A stretch of 64,000 nt of DNA from Candidatus Poribacteria bacterium (GCA_965197475.1 CBDANF010000003.1:384001-448000); one strand, 5' to 3'; numbered from the stretch's first letter, positions 39,609 through 50,313 are shown. Translations and numbers: made by a program. Notes: generated from the sequence alone by a model not told the origin.

Positions 39609-42600
39609 TTGAAGTTTCGGAAGCATTTCATAAAAATAAGTTATCTATTGATGTTTATTTTAGTCGGCAGTGCTAATGCACAACAGAATCTTGCACAAGA
39701 GGCTTATGCGATCTTTGAGCGGTCCTGCCTGAGGTGTCATGGTGAAAATGGTTCCCATAGGGAAGCACTCATCATTCAGCATACAGCACTTATTGAAGGC
39801 GGTACTGTTATTCCTGGAGACCCAGACGGTTCCGAGCTCTATCAACGGTTAATCGAAACTGCTGTAGAAAAACGGATGCCGCTCGGACAACCACCGCTTG
39901 ATGCCGAAGCAATTGAGACGATTCGGCAATGGATTGCGGCAAGTGCACCAGATTGGAATGCTATTCCCAAACCAGAAACCGACTTTATTACGACCGATGC
40001 AATGCTTGGGACTATTGAGAACCATGTCAAAACGCTTTCTACGCGCGACAAAACGTTTGCACGCTATTTTACCTTGACGCATCTTTATAACGCGGGTGAG
40101 ACCACTGAGGCACTCCATGCCTATCGGCGGGCACTCTCAAAACTGATTAATAGTCTCTCATGGGGACTTGAGGTTGTTAAACCGCTGCCTATTGATGTAG
40201 AACAAACCGTTTTCTATATTGACATCCGCAAATATGAATGGGATGTTAGAAACGATGCATGGACACAGATTGAGCAGGTATATCCGTACCAAATGGCGTT
40301 TGATGCGCCGACACAAACACACCTCCGCGATAAATTGACAAACCTACAGCAAGAGATGAATTGCGAAGTGCCGTTTGTCCATGTGGATTGGTTTCTTGCG
40401 AATGCTTCATTGCCGCCTCTTTACCATGATATTCTCGCACTACCCGAAACAGACCGTGAATTAGAAGTTGAACTTAGGGTGTTTGTTATTGCCAACCTTC
40501 AAAATGCACCGGGGGAACGTGTGTGGCGTGCGGGTTTCAACGATTCCGGTGTTTCAAGACATAACCGCGTTGTTGAACGCCATACGTCCTCGTATGGCGC
40601 GTATTGGAAAAGTTACGACTTTGCGGGAAGTACGGAGTCACAGAATATTTTTGCACATCCGCTTGATTTTACACACGACGGTGGCGAAATTATTTTCAAC
40701 TTACCGAACGGGTTGCAAGCATATTATCTGGTAGATGCAGGAGGTAACCGACTTGATAAAGCACCTATAAGCATTGTATCTAATCCTGCTGTAGGCGACC
40801 CGACTGTTCGTAACGGGCTTTCCTGCATTGGATGTCACACGGAAGGAATGAAGACGTTTGAAGACGAAGTGCGTGCTGTTGTTGAACAAGCAGATAACCC
40901 GCCTTTTAACAAAGAGCGTGCATTAGAGTTATATGCAGAAAAATCGGTAATGGATGAACTTGTAAAGGAAGATACGCAACGTTATAGGGATGCACTTGAA
41001 GCAGCAGGCGGAGTATTTGGTGGTATTGAACCGATACAACGTTTCCATGAAGCGTTTCAGGGAACTCTCAGTGTGGCACATGCTGCAGCTGCTGTTGGGT
41101 TAGAGACCGAAACGTTCCTTGAAAAAATCAGTAAAAGTACGACCTTACAAAACCTATTAGGGGCATTGGTGTTAGAAAACGGTGCCATCAAACGAGATGC
41201 ATGGACATCGGATTTTCACGATGTGATTGCTGCGCTGAATACACCTGACAGTGTTCTTCCACCGGTTGTGCAGCGTCCGGAAATTATCCCTGGTGCTTCT
41301 GTTCGTATTCCCGATGCGAACTTGCGCGCTGCAATTGAGGATGCACTCGGCAAAGCACCCGGTGATGTGATTACGGTTCAGGATATGGCAACGTTGACAG
41401 AATTCTCTGCAGAAGGGATGGGAATCCAAGATATAACAGGACTTGAATACGCTACTAACTTGGGTGTTTTACGTATTGGTGGTAACTCAATCACAGACAT
41501 CTCGCCACTGGCAAGATTAACCCAGATGGGGCACCTAAGGATTGAGGGCAACAAAATATCAGACATCTCACCACTCACTAAATTAAAAAATATTGGTAAT
41601 CTTGAAATGTACAGTAATGAGATAAAAGACATCTCGCCATTGGCGGGATTAACTAAGATGCGTTGGTTATCTGTGTATGCTAACCCAGTCTCGGACCTTT
41701 CACCACTCAGAAACATGCAGGGACTCCGGGGTATGCGGGTAACCGTTGTTCCACCCGGAGATCTGTCCCCATTGGCAGAATTAGTCAACTTGACCCGGAT
41801 TTTCTATTGGTCATCCGGGTATCCTATTGCTGACTTGTCTCCCTTAGCAAAGTTGCCCAAATTACGTTTTATAGAAATTGGACATGCGGGCGGACAAACG
41901 GATCTAACCCCATTGGCAAAAGCAACCGCCCTTGAACATTTCAGTTACTTCGGACCTACCCCTGATTTATCACCACTAACGAACTTATCCCACCTGTTTA
42001 AAATAGAGATTTGGGATGGAGAGAACCCAGATCTGTCCCCGTTGGCAAGAGCAATAGGGTTGAAAGAACTATGGGTAAGCAGATGCGGTATTTCGGATAT
42101 CTCATTTTTAGAGAACCTAACAAGTTTGGAACGATTGAACCTTCAAGGCAACAACATATCTGATGTATCTCCGTTAGCAGGCTTAACTAATCTAAAATGG
42201 TTAAAACTCACCGACAATCCGATTACTGACTTCTCACCTTTAGCGGAACTCGCGCAAACTACGAATATACTTACGGGTGAGGTTGCTATTCCTGACCTAA
42301 ACCTTCGTGCGGCAATTGCAGGGGCACTTGGCAAAGATGCTGATGATGTATTTGTCCCAATTACAACCGAGGAGATAGAAACATTAACAACCCTAAGAGC
42401 AAGTAAAAGGGACATTAAGGATTTAACAGGAATTGAGCAAGCGATAAATCTTGAAGAGTTGTGGATTTCAGGAAATCCTGTATCTGACTTATCACCACTT
42501 GCTGGATTGACAAATCTCATCGGTTTAGGTGCTTGGGAAACTCCTATAACCGATTTATCCCCTTTGAAAGAATTAACAAAACTGAGGTGGATAGACTTTG

Positions 42601-44594
42601 GCAAAGTTCCCTTATCTGACTTGTCTCCTTTGGCCGGTATAACAAGTCTGAAAAAACTTACATTTTACAACTGCGAAATAACAGACATTTCACCGTTGGA
42701 GGAGTTAACAGATCTGATTTTCCTGGAAATTTCCAATAACTCTATAACAGATTTATCATCCATTGCAGCGTTAATTAACTTGGAGAGTTTAGCAGTTAGG
42801 CACAGTCGTATATCGGATATATCGCCCTTGGCAGCATTGACTAAATTGAAAAAACTGGATTTTCGCGGAAACAACATATCAGACGTGTCTCCTTTGACAG
42901 GATTGGTAAATTTGGAGGTTCTTAACCTTCATGGTAATTCAATATCAGACATTTCCCCTTTAGAAGAATTGTCTGTATTTCCTGTAAATACTTTTTGGGT
43001 TGATAATCCGGGTTCTGCTATAAGCGGGCCAAGAATAGTGGGACCCTGGCTTTGGGTGAATTTACCTGCAGAAGATTTAGACACAGATTGGTTAGCAGTA
43101 GCGAGCGGTAATGCCGTAACGGAGCAGCAAGTTGCCACATACGGTGCAGTAGAAGGAAAACTTGTCGGGAACAACATTTGGAAAGCTGGTAAAATTGACC
43201 AAGACAGCGATAACATCAATAAGGTGCTTGACTCATTTGGATACGAAGGAGACCGAGATTACCAAGTAATTTACGGAACAATCGTCTTGAATTCACCTAT
43301 TGAACAGGAAGTAATGATGCTTCAAGGAAAATCAGATGGTTCTTCTTTAAAAATTTGGATCAACGGTGAGTTGGCTCATGAGGACATCAGATCAATTAGT
43401 TTTGGTCATCGCTATGAGAGATTCTTCCATGTCACCTTGAAACAAGGATCAAATGTGCTGTTAGTTGCGGTTTTGCATGAGGATCATTCATCTTGGGCAG
43501 CCCGTTTTGGTTTTGAAGAAGGCACAGAATACACAGTTATACCCCACGATGTTGGCATCAGGTTTTCTACAACAGAGACAACCCTTCTCGTTGGTGATAC
43601 GTTTGCGCTGAACCTTAATGCAGAAAACATAACCGATTTAGCTGGATGGCAAACTGATATTGTGTTTAACCCTGATGTACTTGAAGCCGTTGAAGTCACC
43701 GAAGGCGATTTTCTGAAGTCAGAAGGTGGAGGAACCTTCTACCAAGCTGGCACGATTGATAATACAGCAGGAAAAATCACAGGTCTATTTTCGGCGCGGA
43801 TATCTGAAAGTGGTGTCAGCGGCACAGGCACACTGCTGTCAGTAACATTCAAGGCAAAAGCGGGCGGCGAAACACAAGTGGCACTGCAAAACTTTGAATT
43901 CATTTCTATCACAGATGACATAATTCCCACTGTTCCACCTAATATCATCATCACTGTGAGAGACTATCCGACATGGGATGTGAATCAGGATGGGCGTGTG
44001 AGTATTCAGGACCTTGTTCTTGTGGCGAAGGACTTAGGTTCAGGCACGCCTACCAACTTGCGAACAGACGTGAATCGCGATGGAGAAATCAATATCCAAG
44101 ACCTTATCCTTGTAGCACAGTATATGGGTGAGTCAACGGATTCTGCCGCCACGCCTCCCATTGTTGCTATAGACAGCAAAGTTCTAACGCCTGCAATAGT
44201 CCAAGCATGGATAAAACATGCACAAGTAGAAGATGACGGTTCTATTGCTTTCCGACAGGGTATAGCAAATCTTCAGAAACTTTTAGCATCGTTGATTCCT
44301 GAAAAAACTGCACTGTTAGCAAACTATCCGAACCCATTCAATCCAGAGACGTGGATACCTTATCACCTTGCAAAGCCATCGGAGGTTACTTTGACAATCT
44401 ATGCTGCAAATGGATCGGTTGTTCGGACGTTGGCGTTAGGGCATCAGGCTGCAGGTATCTATCAGAGTCGTAGTCGTGCAGCGTATTGGGATGGTAGAAA
44501 TGGCGTGGGTGAGTCAGTAGCAAGTGGTATCTATTTCTATACGTTAACGGCTGGAGATTTTACAGCGACGCGGAAGATGTTAATTTTGAAGTAA
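39609..44594 (+). CDS. Secreted multidomain protein: cytochrome c (2 CxxCH), internalin-like LRRs, cohesin, dockerin-like and T9SS-like/FlgD-Ig C-terminal domain
   Basis: CLRCH...RMP (planctomycete cytochrome c-like), CIGCH, many 22-aa ISDISPL..L repeats, LAGWQTDIVFNP, DVNQDGRVSIQDLVLVA, NYPNPFNPETWIPY...RKMLILK; TTG start after AGGGAG. Confidence 0.88.
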   Translation: MKFRKHFIKISYLLMFILVGSANAQQNLAQEAYAIFERSCLRCHGENGSHREALIIQHTALIEGGTVIPGDPDGSELYQRLIETAVEKRMPLGQPPLDAEAIETIRQWIAASAPDWNAIPKPETDFITTDAMLGTIENHVKTLSTRDKTFARYFTLTHLYNAGETTEALHAYRRALSKLINSLSWGLEVVKPLPIDVEQTVFYIDIRKYEWDVRNDAWTQIEQVYPYQMAFDAPTQTHLRDKLTNLQQEMNCEVPFVHVDWFLANASLPPLYHDILALPETDRELEVELRVFVIANLQNAPGERVWRAGFNDSGVSRHNRVVERHTSSYGAYWKSYDFAGSTESQNIFAHPLDFTHDGGEIIFNLPNGLQAYYLVDAGGNRLDKAPISIVSNPAVGDPTVRNGLSCIGCHTEGMKTFEDEVRAVVEQADNPPFNKERALELYAEKSVMDELVKEDTQRYRDALEAAGGVFGGIEPIQRFHEAFQGTLSVAHAAAAVGLETETFLEKISKSTTLQNLLGALVLENGAIKRDAWTSDFHDVIAALNTPDSVLPPVVQRPEIIPGASVRIPDANLRAAIEDALGKAPGDVITVQDMATLTEFSAEGMGIQDITGLEYATNLGVLRIGGNSITDISPLARLTQMGHLRIEGNKISDISPLTKLKNIGNLEMYSNEIKDISPLAGLTKMRWLSVYANPVSDLSPLRNMQGLRGMRVTVVPPGDLSPLAELVNLTRIFYWSSGYPIADLSPLAKLPKLRFIEIGHAGGQTDLTPLAKATALEHFSYFGPTPDLSPLTNLSHLFKIEIWDGENPDLSPLARAIGLKELWVSRCGISDISFLENLTSLERLNLQGNNISDVSPLAGLTNLKWLKLTDNPITDFSPLAELAQTTNILTGEVAIPDLNLRAAIAGALGKDADDVFVPITTEEIETLTTLRASKRDIKDLTGIEQAINLEELWISGNPVSDLSPLAGLTNLIGLGAWETPITDLSPLKELTKLRWIDFGKVPLSDLSPLAGITSLKKLTFYNCEITDISPLEELTDLIFLEISNNSITDLSSIAALINLESLAVRHSRISDISPLAALTKLKKLDFRGNNISDVSPLTGLVNLEVLNLHGNSISDISPLEELSVFPVNTFWVDNPGSAISGPRIVGPWLWVNLPAEDLDTDWLAVASGNAVTEQQVATYGAVEGKLVGNNIWKAGKIDQDSDNINKVLDSFGYEGDRDYQVIYGTIVLNSPIEQEVMMLQGKSDGSSLKIWINGELAHEDIRSISFGHRYERFFHVTLKQGSNVLLVAVLHEDHSSWAARFGFEEGTEYTVIPHDVGIRFSTTETTLLVGDTFALNLNAENITDLAGWQTDIVFNPDVLEAVEVTEGDFLKSEGGGTFYQAGTIDNTAGKITGLFSARISESGVSGTGTLLSVTFKAKAGGETQVALQNFEFISITDDIIPTVPPNIIITVRDYPTWDVNQDGRVSIQDLVLVAKDLGSGTPTNLRTDVNRDGEINIQDLILVAQYMGESTDSAATPPIVAIDSKVLTPAIVQAWIKHAQVEDDGSIAFRQGIANLQKLLASLIPEKTALLANYPNPFNPETWIPYHLAKPSEVTLTIYAANGSVVRTLALGHQAAGIYQSRSRAAYWDGRNGVGESVASGIYFYTLTAGDFTATRKMLILK

Positions 44595-44615
44595 TTTTTA
44601 GAAGAAGTAGTTAGG

Positions 44616-44667
44616 GTAAGAACGATCTCCAGATCGCGATCTGTCGGGAACAGGAGTTCCCTCCTAC
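44616..44667. repeat. REP-like pair between convergent genes
   Basis: GTAAGAACGATCTCCAGATCGCGA...GGGAACAGGAGTTCCCTCCTAC, homologous to the 29484 cluster. Confidence 0.65.
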
Positions 44668-44698
44668 CATTCGGATCGTATAACAAGTAACAGAATAT

Positions 44699-45190
44699 TT
44701 ACACACCCGCATCGGTAGGGTCTGTCGGTTCTAACTCTTCTTGACATTCAGCACAGTAGCCAATAATTTCATTTCTGAAGCGTACCGGTTTAAATTGGTG
44801 TGCTTCGCAAACTGCTTTTTGCAAGGCATCAATCCCCGGTTCTTTAAATTCAACGATCTGACCGCACCGAAGACAGATAAGGTGCGCATGCTCTTTGAGC
44901 GAATGGATGCTCTCATAACGAGTGTTTTTCTGTGCATCAATAAATTCTGTTAGCAATCCACTTTTAACAAGCAGCGGCAGAGTCCGATAGATAGTTGGGC
45001 GCGAAACGTTATACCCGTTTTGACGCATCTGAACTAAGAGGTCTTCGATTTGGAAATGTCCTGGGTACGCAAAAACCTGATTTAAGACATCCATCCGTTT
45101 TTGGGTCAAACGGAGCCCAGAACTTTTCAGGAAATCTTCAAACTGTTGTGTAAACTCATCATCTTGAGCAGATTCTTCAACGGAATTCAT
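44699..45190 (-). CDS. Fur-family transcriptional regulator
   Basis: GLRLTQKR, VSRPTIYRTL, HAHLICLRCG...YCAEC. Confidence 0.92.
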   Translation of the reverse strand: MNSVEESAQDDEFTQQFEDFLKSSGLRLTQKRMDVLNQVFAYPGHFQIEDLLVQMRQNGYNVSRPTIYRTLPLLVKSGLLTEFIDAQKNTRYESIHSLKEHAHLICLRCGQIVEFKEPGIDALQKAVCEAHQFKPVRFRNEIIGYCAECQEELEPTDPTDAGV

Positions 45191-45230
45191 CTTTCAACCT
45201 ATTTTTGGTTTTATTTTGTTGTTGGATTGT

Positions 45231-46049
45231 TTAGGTTTCAAAGCATAAGGTTTGACCTGCTTCAACAAGTCTATTTTTCACAGCAAGTTTGTAAAAATGT
45301 TCAAGACCCGCGATTTCAGATTCATCCAGATCATAGTGGATGTGGTGTTGCAAGTAGTCGCTGCATAGGATTTCGGATAAACCGAGTTTTGGTGCTTCAA
45401 TCCGTGCGATTTCAGGAATTTGTGTGATACCCCGATTTTTCGCTTCCAAAAGTAGGTTCGGTGCATCGCCAAGACACACGTCTCCCCTCGCCACCCAACA
45501 GGCATAGACGAAAGGCAATCCTGTTAACTCATGCCATTCAGTGCCAAGATCAACGCTATATTCCGTGGCACCGAGATTTTTGAGTGCTGCATCCCCAATG
45601 AGCAGGACTGCTTCTGTTTCTGCCACGGCAGGATCAATTGATGGATCGCAAGGGACGAAAGTTGGGTAAATCTGATATTTTTCAGCGAGTAAGATTTTCA
45701 GCAGCGCGACAGATGACCGCGAACTTGTATCTAAAGCAATTTGCTGAATGTCCTGAATCGGTACACGACTGAACAATTGGATGCTTAAGACGCTACCGCG
45801 CGATGCAATTGCTATGTTAGGCAGAATGCGGTAACCTGCTCCCGGAACGTTTCCCCGAAAGTATTCAACAATAGGGATCAAACCAATATCTAATTCGTCA
45901 TTACTTAAAAGGGTTGCAAGACGACTCGGTACGTGGACGCTGAGGACAATCTCATCTGTTTGAAGTTCGCCGTACAAAAACGGATAAATGAGTGGTTTAG
46001 TGTTCAAAAATGACACTGCGCCGATTCTTAAGCGGCTTTTCTGTACCAC
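45231..46049 (-). CDS. mqnA: Chorismate dehydratase (futalosine pathway)
   Basis: GAVSFLNTKPL, SRSSVALL, LLIGD.AL, DLG.EW...TGLPFVYA.W. Confidence 0.9.
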   Translation of the reverse strand: MVQKSRLRIGAVSFLNTKPLIYPFLYGELQTDEIVLSVHVPSRLATLLSNDELDIGLIPIVEYFRGNVPGAGYRILPNIAIASRGSVLSIQLFSRVPIQDIQQIALDTSSRSSVALLKILLAEKYQIYPTFVPCDPSIDPAVAETEAVLLIGDAALKNLGATEYSVDLGTEWHELTGLPFVYACWVARGDVCLGDAPNLLLEAKNRGITQIPEIARIEAPKLGLSEILCSDYLQHHIHYDLDESEIAGLEHFYKLAVKNRLVEAGQTLCFET

Positions 46050-47164
46050 CGATTTCCCTCTCGAATGATTTCATTGTAAAGCGTGTCGCGTTCTATCGGG
46101 ACATAGCCTGCTTCTTCAATGAGTCGTGTAAGCGAATCAACCGAGACAGCTTCCGGTGTATCTGCGCCTGCCATGTGTGTAATCTTTTCCTCTGTCACCG
46201 TGCCATCAATATCATCAGCCCCAAAACGGAGTGCTATTTGCGCAGTTTTCAACCCTGTCATAATCCAATAAACCTTAATATGTGGCATGTTGTCTAGCAT
46301 CAGTCGTGCTATGGCAATATTCCGTAGATCGGTTAAGCCCGTTGTTGAAGGGATATAAGCCATACGCGTGTTAGCAGGGTGGAATGCAAGTGGAATGAAC
46401 GTCACAAAACCACCAGATTTATCCTGCTGTTCCCGCAATCTGATGAGATGGTCAACCCTATCCTCATTTGTTTCCAAGTGTCCGTATAGCATTGTTGCAT
46501 TTGTAGGTATGCCAAGTTGATGTGCAATTTCGTGAATTTCAAGCCATCCCTCCGCGCTAAGTTTACCGGGGCATATTTTTTCACGCGTCTCTTCAGCAAA
46601 GATTTCTGCACCACCACCTGGTAAAGAATCTAATCCTGCCTCACGGAGTTGTTGCAAAACATCCTCTACAGACATTTTAAAGATACGTGAAAAATGATGG
46701 ATTTCAATAGCTGTGAAAAATTTGAGGTGGACATCGGGCATCCGTTCTTTGAGGCCGCGGATCATTTGAAGATAGTAATCAAATGGGAGTTTTGGATGCA
46801 AACCACCAACGCTATGAATTTCAGTGCATCCGTGTTGTACGGAATACATCGCTTTGTCTAAAAATTCGTCAACGCTCATCTCCCACGCGCCTTCTGTTTG
46901 CATATTTTTTCGGGCAAAGGCACAGAAGTGACACCGTGCATGGAGTATGCACACGTTTGAATAATCTATGTGTTGATTGATGTTGTAGTATGCGACGTTT
47001 CCGTTTAAGCTTTCCCGGCTATGGTTCGCGATAAATCCGACTCCGGTTATGTCCGGGCTTTCGTAAAGGGTGACACCCTCCTCAAAGGAGAGGCGTTCTT
47101 CTGCCTTGACTTTTTCGTAGATGGCAGGTAAGTTAGGGTCTGTAAAGAGGTTATAGTTTTCCAT
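46028..47164 (-). CDS. mqnE: Aminofutalosine synthase (CofH-like radical SAM)
   Basis: Cys motif CILHARCHFCAF, SLPGGGAEIF, NATMLYGH, FIPLAFHP, GADDIDGTV.EEKI; adjacent to mqnA. Confidence 0.88.
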   Translation of the reverse strand: MENYNLFTDPNLPAIYEKVKAEERLSFEEGVTLYESPDITGVGFIANHSRESLNGNVAYYNINQHIDYSNVCILHARCHFCAFARKNMQTEGAWEMSVDEFLDKAMYSVQHGCTEIHSVGGLHPKLPFDYYLQMIRGLKERMPDVHLKFFTAIEIHHFSRIFKMSVEDVLQQLREAGLDSLPGGGAEIFAEETREKICPGKLSAEGWLEIHEIAHQLGIPTNATMLYGHLETNEDRVDHLIRLREQQDKSGGFVTFIPLAFHPANTRMAYIPSTTGLTDLRNIAIARLMLDNMPHIKVYWIMTGLKTAQIALRFGADDIDGTVTEEKITHMAGADTPEAVSVDSLTRLIEEAGYVPIERDTLYNEIIREGNRWYRKAA

Positions 47165-47292
47165 TATTTTCAATACCTTTGGCACTGTCAGCATTAAAAA
47201 AACTGCTTGACACTAATCTCTGAATAAAGGTATTATAGCATAATAACTTTTTGAGATGCAAGAGAATCTTTTTGGAAGGAACAAATAAAATT

Positions 47293-48093
47293 ATGTCTAA
47301 ACTCGGACTAATCCATTACAACTACGCAGGCAAATCGCTTGATGACTTTCTAAAATTCACGAGCGAAACAGGGTTCGGTTACGTTGAACTCTCGATCGGT
47401 GATGTTTGGAAATCGGATACTGCAGACCCAGAAAAGAACGCAGAAATTGTTAGAGAGCAGGTTGAATCTTACGGTTTGCAGGTTTCAGCCCTCGGCGCAG
47501 GAAACGATTTTGTTGTGTTAGAGGAAGAAACGATCCGGGCACAGGTTGATCGGATGCAACGTATCGCGGGAATCGCAAAATGCCTCGGCACTTCGGTTAT
47601 TCGGACAGAAGGGGGCTCTATGAAAGATGCTGTGCCGGAAAGTCGATGGGTTGAGGCGATGGCAGAGTGTTTAACACGATGCCTTGAATTTGCTGAAAAG
47701 GACGATGTCTATTTGGCGGTAGATAACCATGGCATGGTTACCAACAATGGCGATTTGCAGGTAGAACTGTTTGAGCGTGTCGGTTCAAAGCATGTCGGTG
47801 CCAATATGGACACAATGAATTATCGTTGGGCGGGGCACGATTTAGAGACGGTGGGAAGGTATTATGAAATTATCGCTCCCTATACGTTACACACGCATCT
47901 GAAAGATGGAACGGGATCACGCGGGAATTATCGTGGTGAAGCACTCGGTGAAGGCGAAATTGATCTTGTGAAGGCGATCCGTTGTTTGAGGGAGGCAGGC
48001 TATGAAGGTGTCTGGTGTTGTGAGTATGAAGGCAGAGAGAATGATGGCACCGGTCAACGAAAGAGTTTTGCATGGATGCAGGAAAATCTGTAG
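47293..48093 (+). CDS. Sugar phosphate isomerase/epimerase (TIM barrel)
   Basis: GFGYVEL, LAVDNHG, HTHLKD, LGEGEID, CEYEG. Confidence 0.85.
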   Translation: MSKLGLIHYNYAGKSLDDFLKFTSETGFGYVELSIGDVWKSDTADPEKNAEIVREQVESYGLQVSALGAGNDFVVLEEETIRAQVDRMQRIAGIAKCLGTSVIRTEGGSMKDAVPESRWVEAMAECLTRCLEFAEKDDVYLAVDNHGMVTNNGDLQVELFERVGSKHVGANMDTMNYRWAGHDLETVGRYYEIIAPYTLHTHLKDGTGSRGNYRGEALGEGEIDLVKAIRCLREAGYEGVWCCEYEGRENDGTGQRKSFAWMQENL

Positions 48094-48124
48094 TATAACG
48101 TGAAATGAATTTGTTTTTGCGTGT

Positions 48125-48306
48125 TGTCTGAACCAGGATTTTCAAGATTTACAGATTTTCAGGATTACTGCCTTTTCTGTTATTACAGCTTACTCTTCAT
48201 GGCATTACAAAAGTCTCAAAATTCATACGCGCTTGTCTGCTTCAAGAACATTCATGCCTCCCACAATCTTGTAAATCCTATAATCCTGTGAATCCTGGTT
48301 CAGACA
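48125..48306. mobile_element. MITE with TGTCTGAACCAGGATT / AATCCTGGTTCAGACA TIRs and internal 9-bp GATT repeats
   Basis: 16-bp perfect inverted repeat extended by inverted 9-mer arrays. Confidence 0.75.
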
Positions 48307-48390
48307 GATGGCAGGGCACAGAGACCCCACCCTACAATCTTAACCGGACATGGCACACGTTAAATTGATGTATATGTGCGTTCTATAAAA

Positions 48391-49257
48391 ATGGAAAAAT
48401 CTACTTCCATCATCACCTTAACAACCGATTTTGGCACAAGCGATGTGTATGTAGGCGTGATGAAAGGTGTCATCTTAAACATTAATCCGAATGCACAGAT
48501 TGTTGACATTACACATGCGATCTCTCCGCAGAATATTGACGCGGCTGCCTTCACAATCAACGCTGCTTATCAATATTTCCCGAAAGGCACGATCCATGTG
48601 ATCGTAGTGGACCCGGGTGTTGGTAGTGATCGGCAAGCAATAGTTTGCAAAACGGATAGCGCGTTTTTTGTTTGTCCGAACAACGGTGTGTTAAGTTATT
48701 TGCTTCAGAACATTGAAACCGAAGAGACTTGCGCGCCTGAGGTAGTAGCCATTGAAAATCCAACCTACGTTTTACCACGAGTTTGCAACACTTTCCATGG
48801 CAGGGATATTTTCGCACCTGTGGCCGCGCACCTATCGCTCGGTGTTCCGCTTGTGCAGATCGGAACACCGATTCACGACCTTGCGCGTTTTTCTGTCCCA
48901 GCAATACACAGCTCCGATGATACATTACGAGGACAAATAATTAATATTGACAGTTTTGGTAATTTGATAACGAATATCTCGGAAAACGTGCTTGCGACTT
49001 TCTTGTTATCGTCTACACCGAGCGAGAATGCTATTGGAGAATTTGATAAGCGCGCGGTGTCTGCCAAATTTGAAATTATCGCAGGTACTACGTCTTTTAA
49101 GAAACTGAATAGTGCTTATGCTGAATCTGAAGCAGGGGAACCTCTTGCAATTATCGGCAGTTTTGGATTGTTAGAAATTGCTATCAATTTGGGGAATGCC
49201 GAAGCGAATTTGAGATTGAAAAGCGGTGATAGTGTCACCGTGCGAAGGTTTGATTGA
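48391..49257 (+). CDS. DUF62 SAM hydroxide adenosyltransferase (chlorinase/fluorinase superfamily)
   Basis: ITLTTDFG, VVDPGVGSDR, TFHGRDIFAP, IDSFGNLITN. Confidence 0.9.
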   Translation: MEKSTSIITLTTDFGTSDVYVGVMKGVILNINPNAQIVDITHAISPQNIDAAAFTINAAYQYFPKGTIHVIVVDPGVGSDRQAIVCKTDSAFFVCPNNGVLSYLLQNIETEETCAPEVVAIENPTYVLPRVCNTFHGRDIFAPVAAHLSLGVPLVQIGTPIHDLARFSVPAIHSSDDTLRGQIINIDSFGNLITNISENVLATFLLSSTPSENAIGEFDKRAVSAKFEIIAGTTSFKKLNSAYAESEAGEPLAIIGSFGLLEIAINLGNAEANLRLKSGDSVTVRRFD

Positions 49258-49282
49258 CATCGCCATTTCTACAGGTTATAAT
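49254..49282 (+). promoter_or_regulatory. Consensus sigma-70 promoter for trpS
   Basis: TTGACA-N17-TATAAT. Confidence 0.75.
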
Positions 49283-49311
49283 AGGGTTAGAACCAACAAA
49301 GGAGTACGGAA

Positions 49312-50313
49312 TTGAAACAGATCGCTTTAACAGGAATCAAACCAACAGGGCAGCCGCATATCGGCAACTATCTCGGTATGATCAAACCTGCTCTTGAACT
49401 CGCGCAAGATTATCAGGCACTCTATTTTATTGCTGATTATCACGCACTCACCACAGTTAAAAATAAAAAAGAATTAGAGGACTTGACGTATCAGGTGACT
49501 GCGACGTGGTTAGCATTGGGGTTGAATCCGGATGATGTCATTTTTTACCGTCAATCGGATATTCCAGAGGTGTTTGAGTTAGCGTGGGTATTAGCCTGTT
49601 TCACAGCGAAAGGATTGTTAAACCGCGCACACGCCTACAAAACCATAGTTGATGACAATATTTCTGCAGGTCGCGAAGAAGATAAAGGCATCAACGCTGG
49701 ACTGTATACATATCCAGTTTTGATGGCAGCGGATATTTTGCTATTCGGAACACACGTCGTTCCCGTTGGACTTGACCAACAACAACACCTTGAAATTACG
49801 CGTGATGTCGCCCTTACCTTTAATAAGAATTATCGGGAGATATTGGTCGTTCCAGAAGCCGTAATTCGCAAAGAGGTCATGACTATCTCCGGACTTGATG
49901 GCAGGAAGATGAGCAAAAGTTATAACAACGTCATCCCGCTTTTTGCACCGTCAAACCAAGTCCGCAAACAAGTCATGCACATCGTAACTGATTCCAAACG
50001 TCCTGAAGAACCGAAAGACCCAGATGAATGTAATGTCTTTGCTATCTACCGTCATTTTGCAGATGCAGATGCTGTTGAGGCAAAGCGGCAACTCTATCTT
50101 GATGGTGGACTTGCTTATGGTGATATGAAAAATGAACTCTTTGAATTGTTAGAAACAACCTTTTCTGCACAACGTGAGCAGTATAATACGTTGATGGAGA
50201 ATCGTGGTGAATTGAATAATGTGCTTAAGAATGGTGCGGAAAAGGCGCGCGATATCGCTGTGCCGATTCTGGGGAAGGTGCGTAAAGCGGTTGGTGTGAC
50301 GGGTGCGCTGTAA
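49312..50313 (+). CDS. trpS: Tryptophanyl-tRNA synthetase
   Basis: TGIKPTG.PHIGNY, YPVLMAADIL, VPVG.DQ, KMSKS; AAGGAG RBS and TTG start. Confidence 0.96.
   Translation: MKQIALTGIKPTGQPHIGNYLGMIKPALELAQDYQALYFIADYHALTTVKNKKELEDLTYQVTATWLALGLNPDDVIFYRQSDIPEVFELAWVLACFTAKGLLNRAHAYKTIVDDNISAGREEDKGINAGLYTYPVLMAADILLFGTHVVPVGLDQQQHLEITRDVALTFNKNYREILVVPEAVIRKEVMTISGLDGRKMSKSYNNVIPLFAPSNQVRKQVMHIVTDSKRPEEPKDPDECNVFAIYRHFADADAVEAKRQLYLDGGLAYGDMKNELFELLETTFSAQREQYNTLMENRGELNNVLKNGAEKARDIAVPILGKVRKAVGVTGAL

Noticed and set aside
41290-42970. 66-bp periodic DNA repeats
   Set aside because: Fully explained by the 22-aa LRR coding repeats.
48391-49257. SAM-dependent halogenase (fluorinase/chlorinase)
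   Set aside because: It retains the Asp-Arg-His residues (DPGVGSDR, TFHGRD) typical of DUF62 hydroxide adenosyltransferases, and there is no biosynthetic cluster context.
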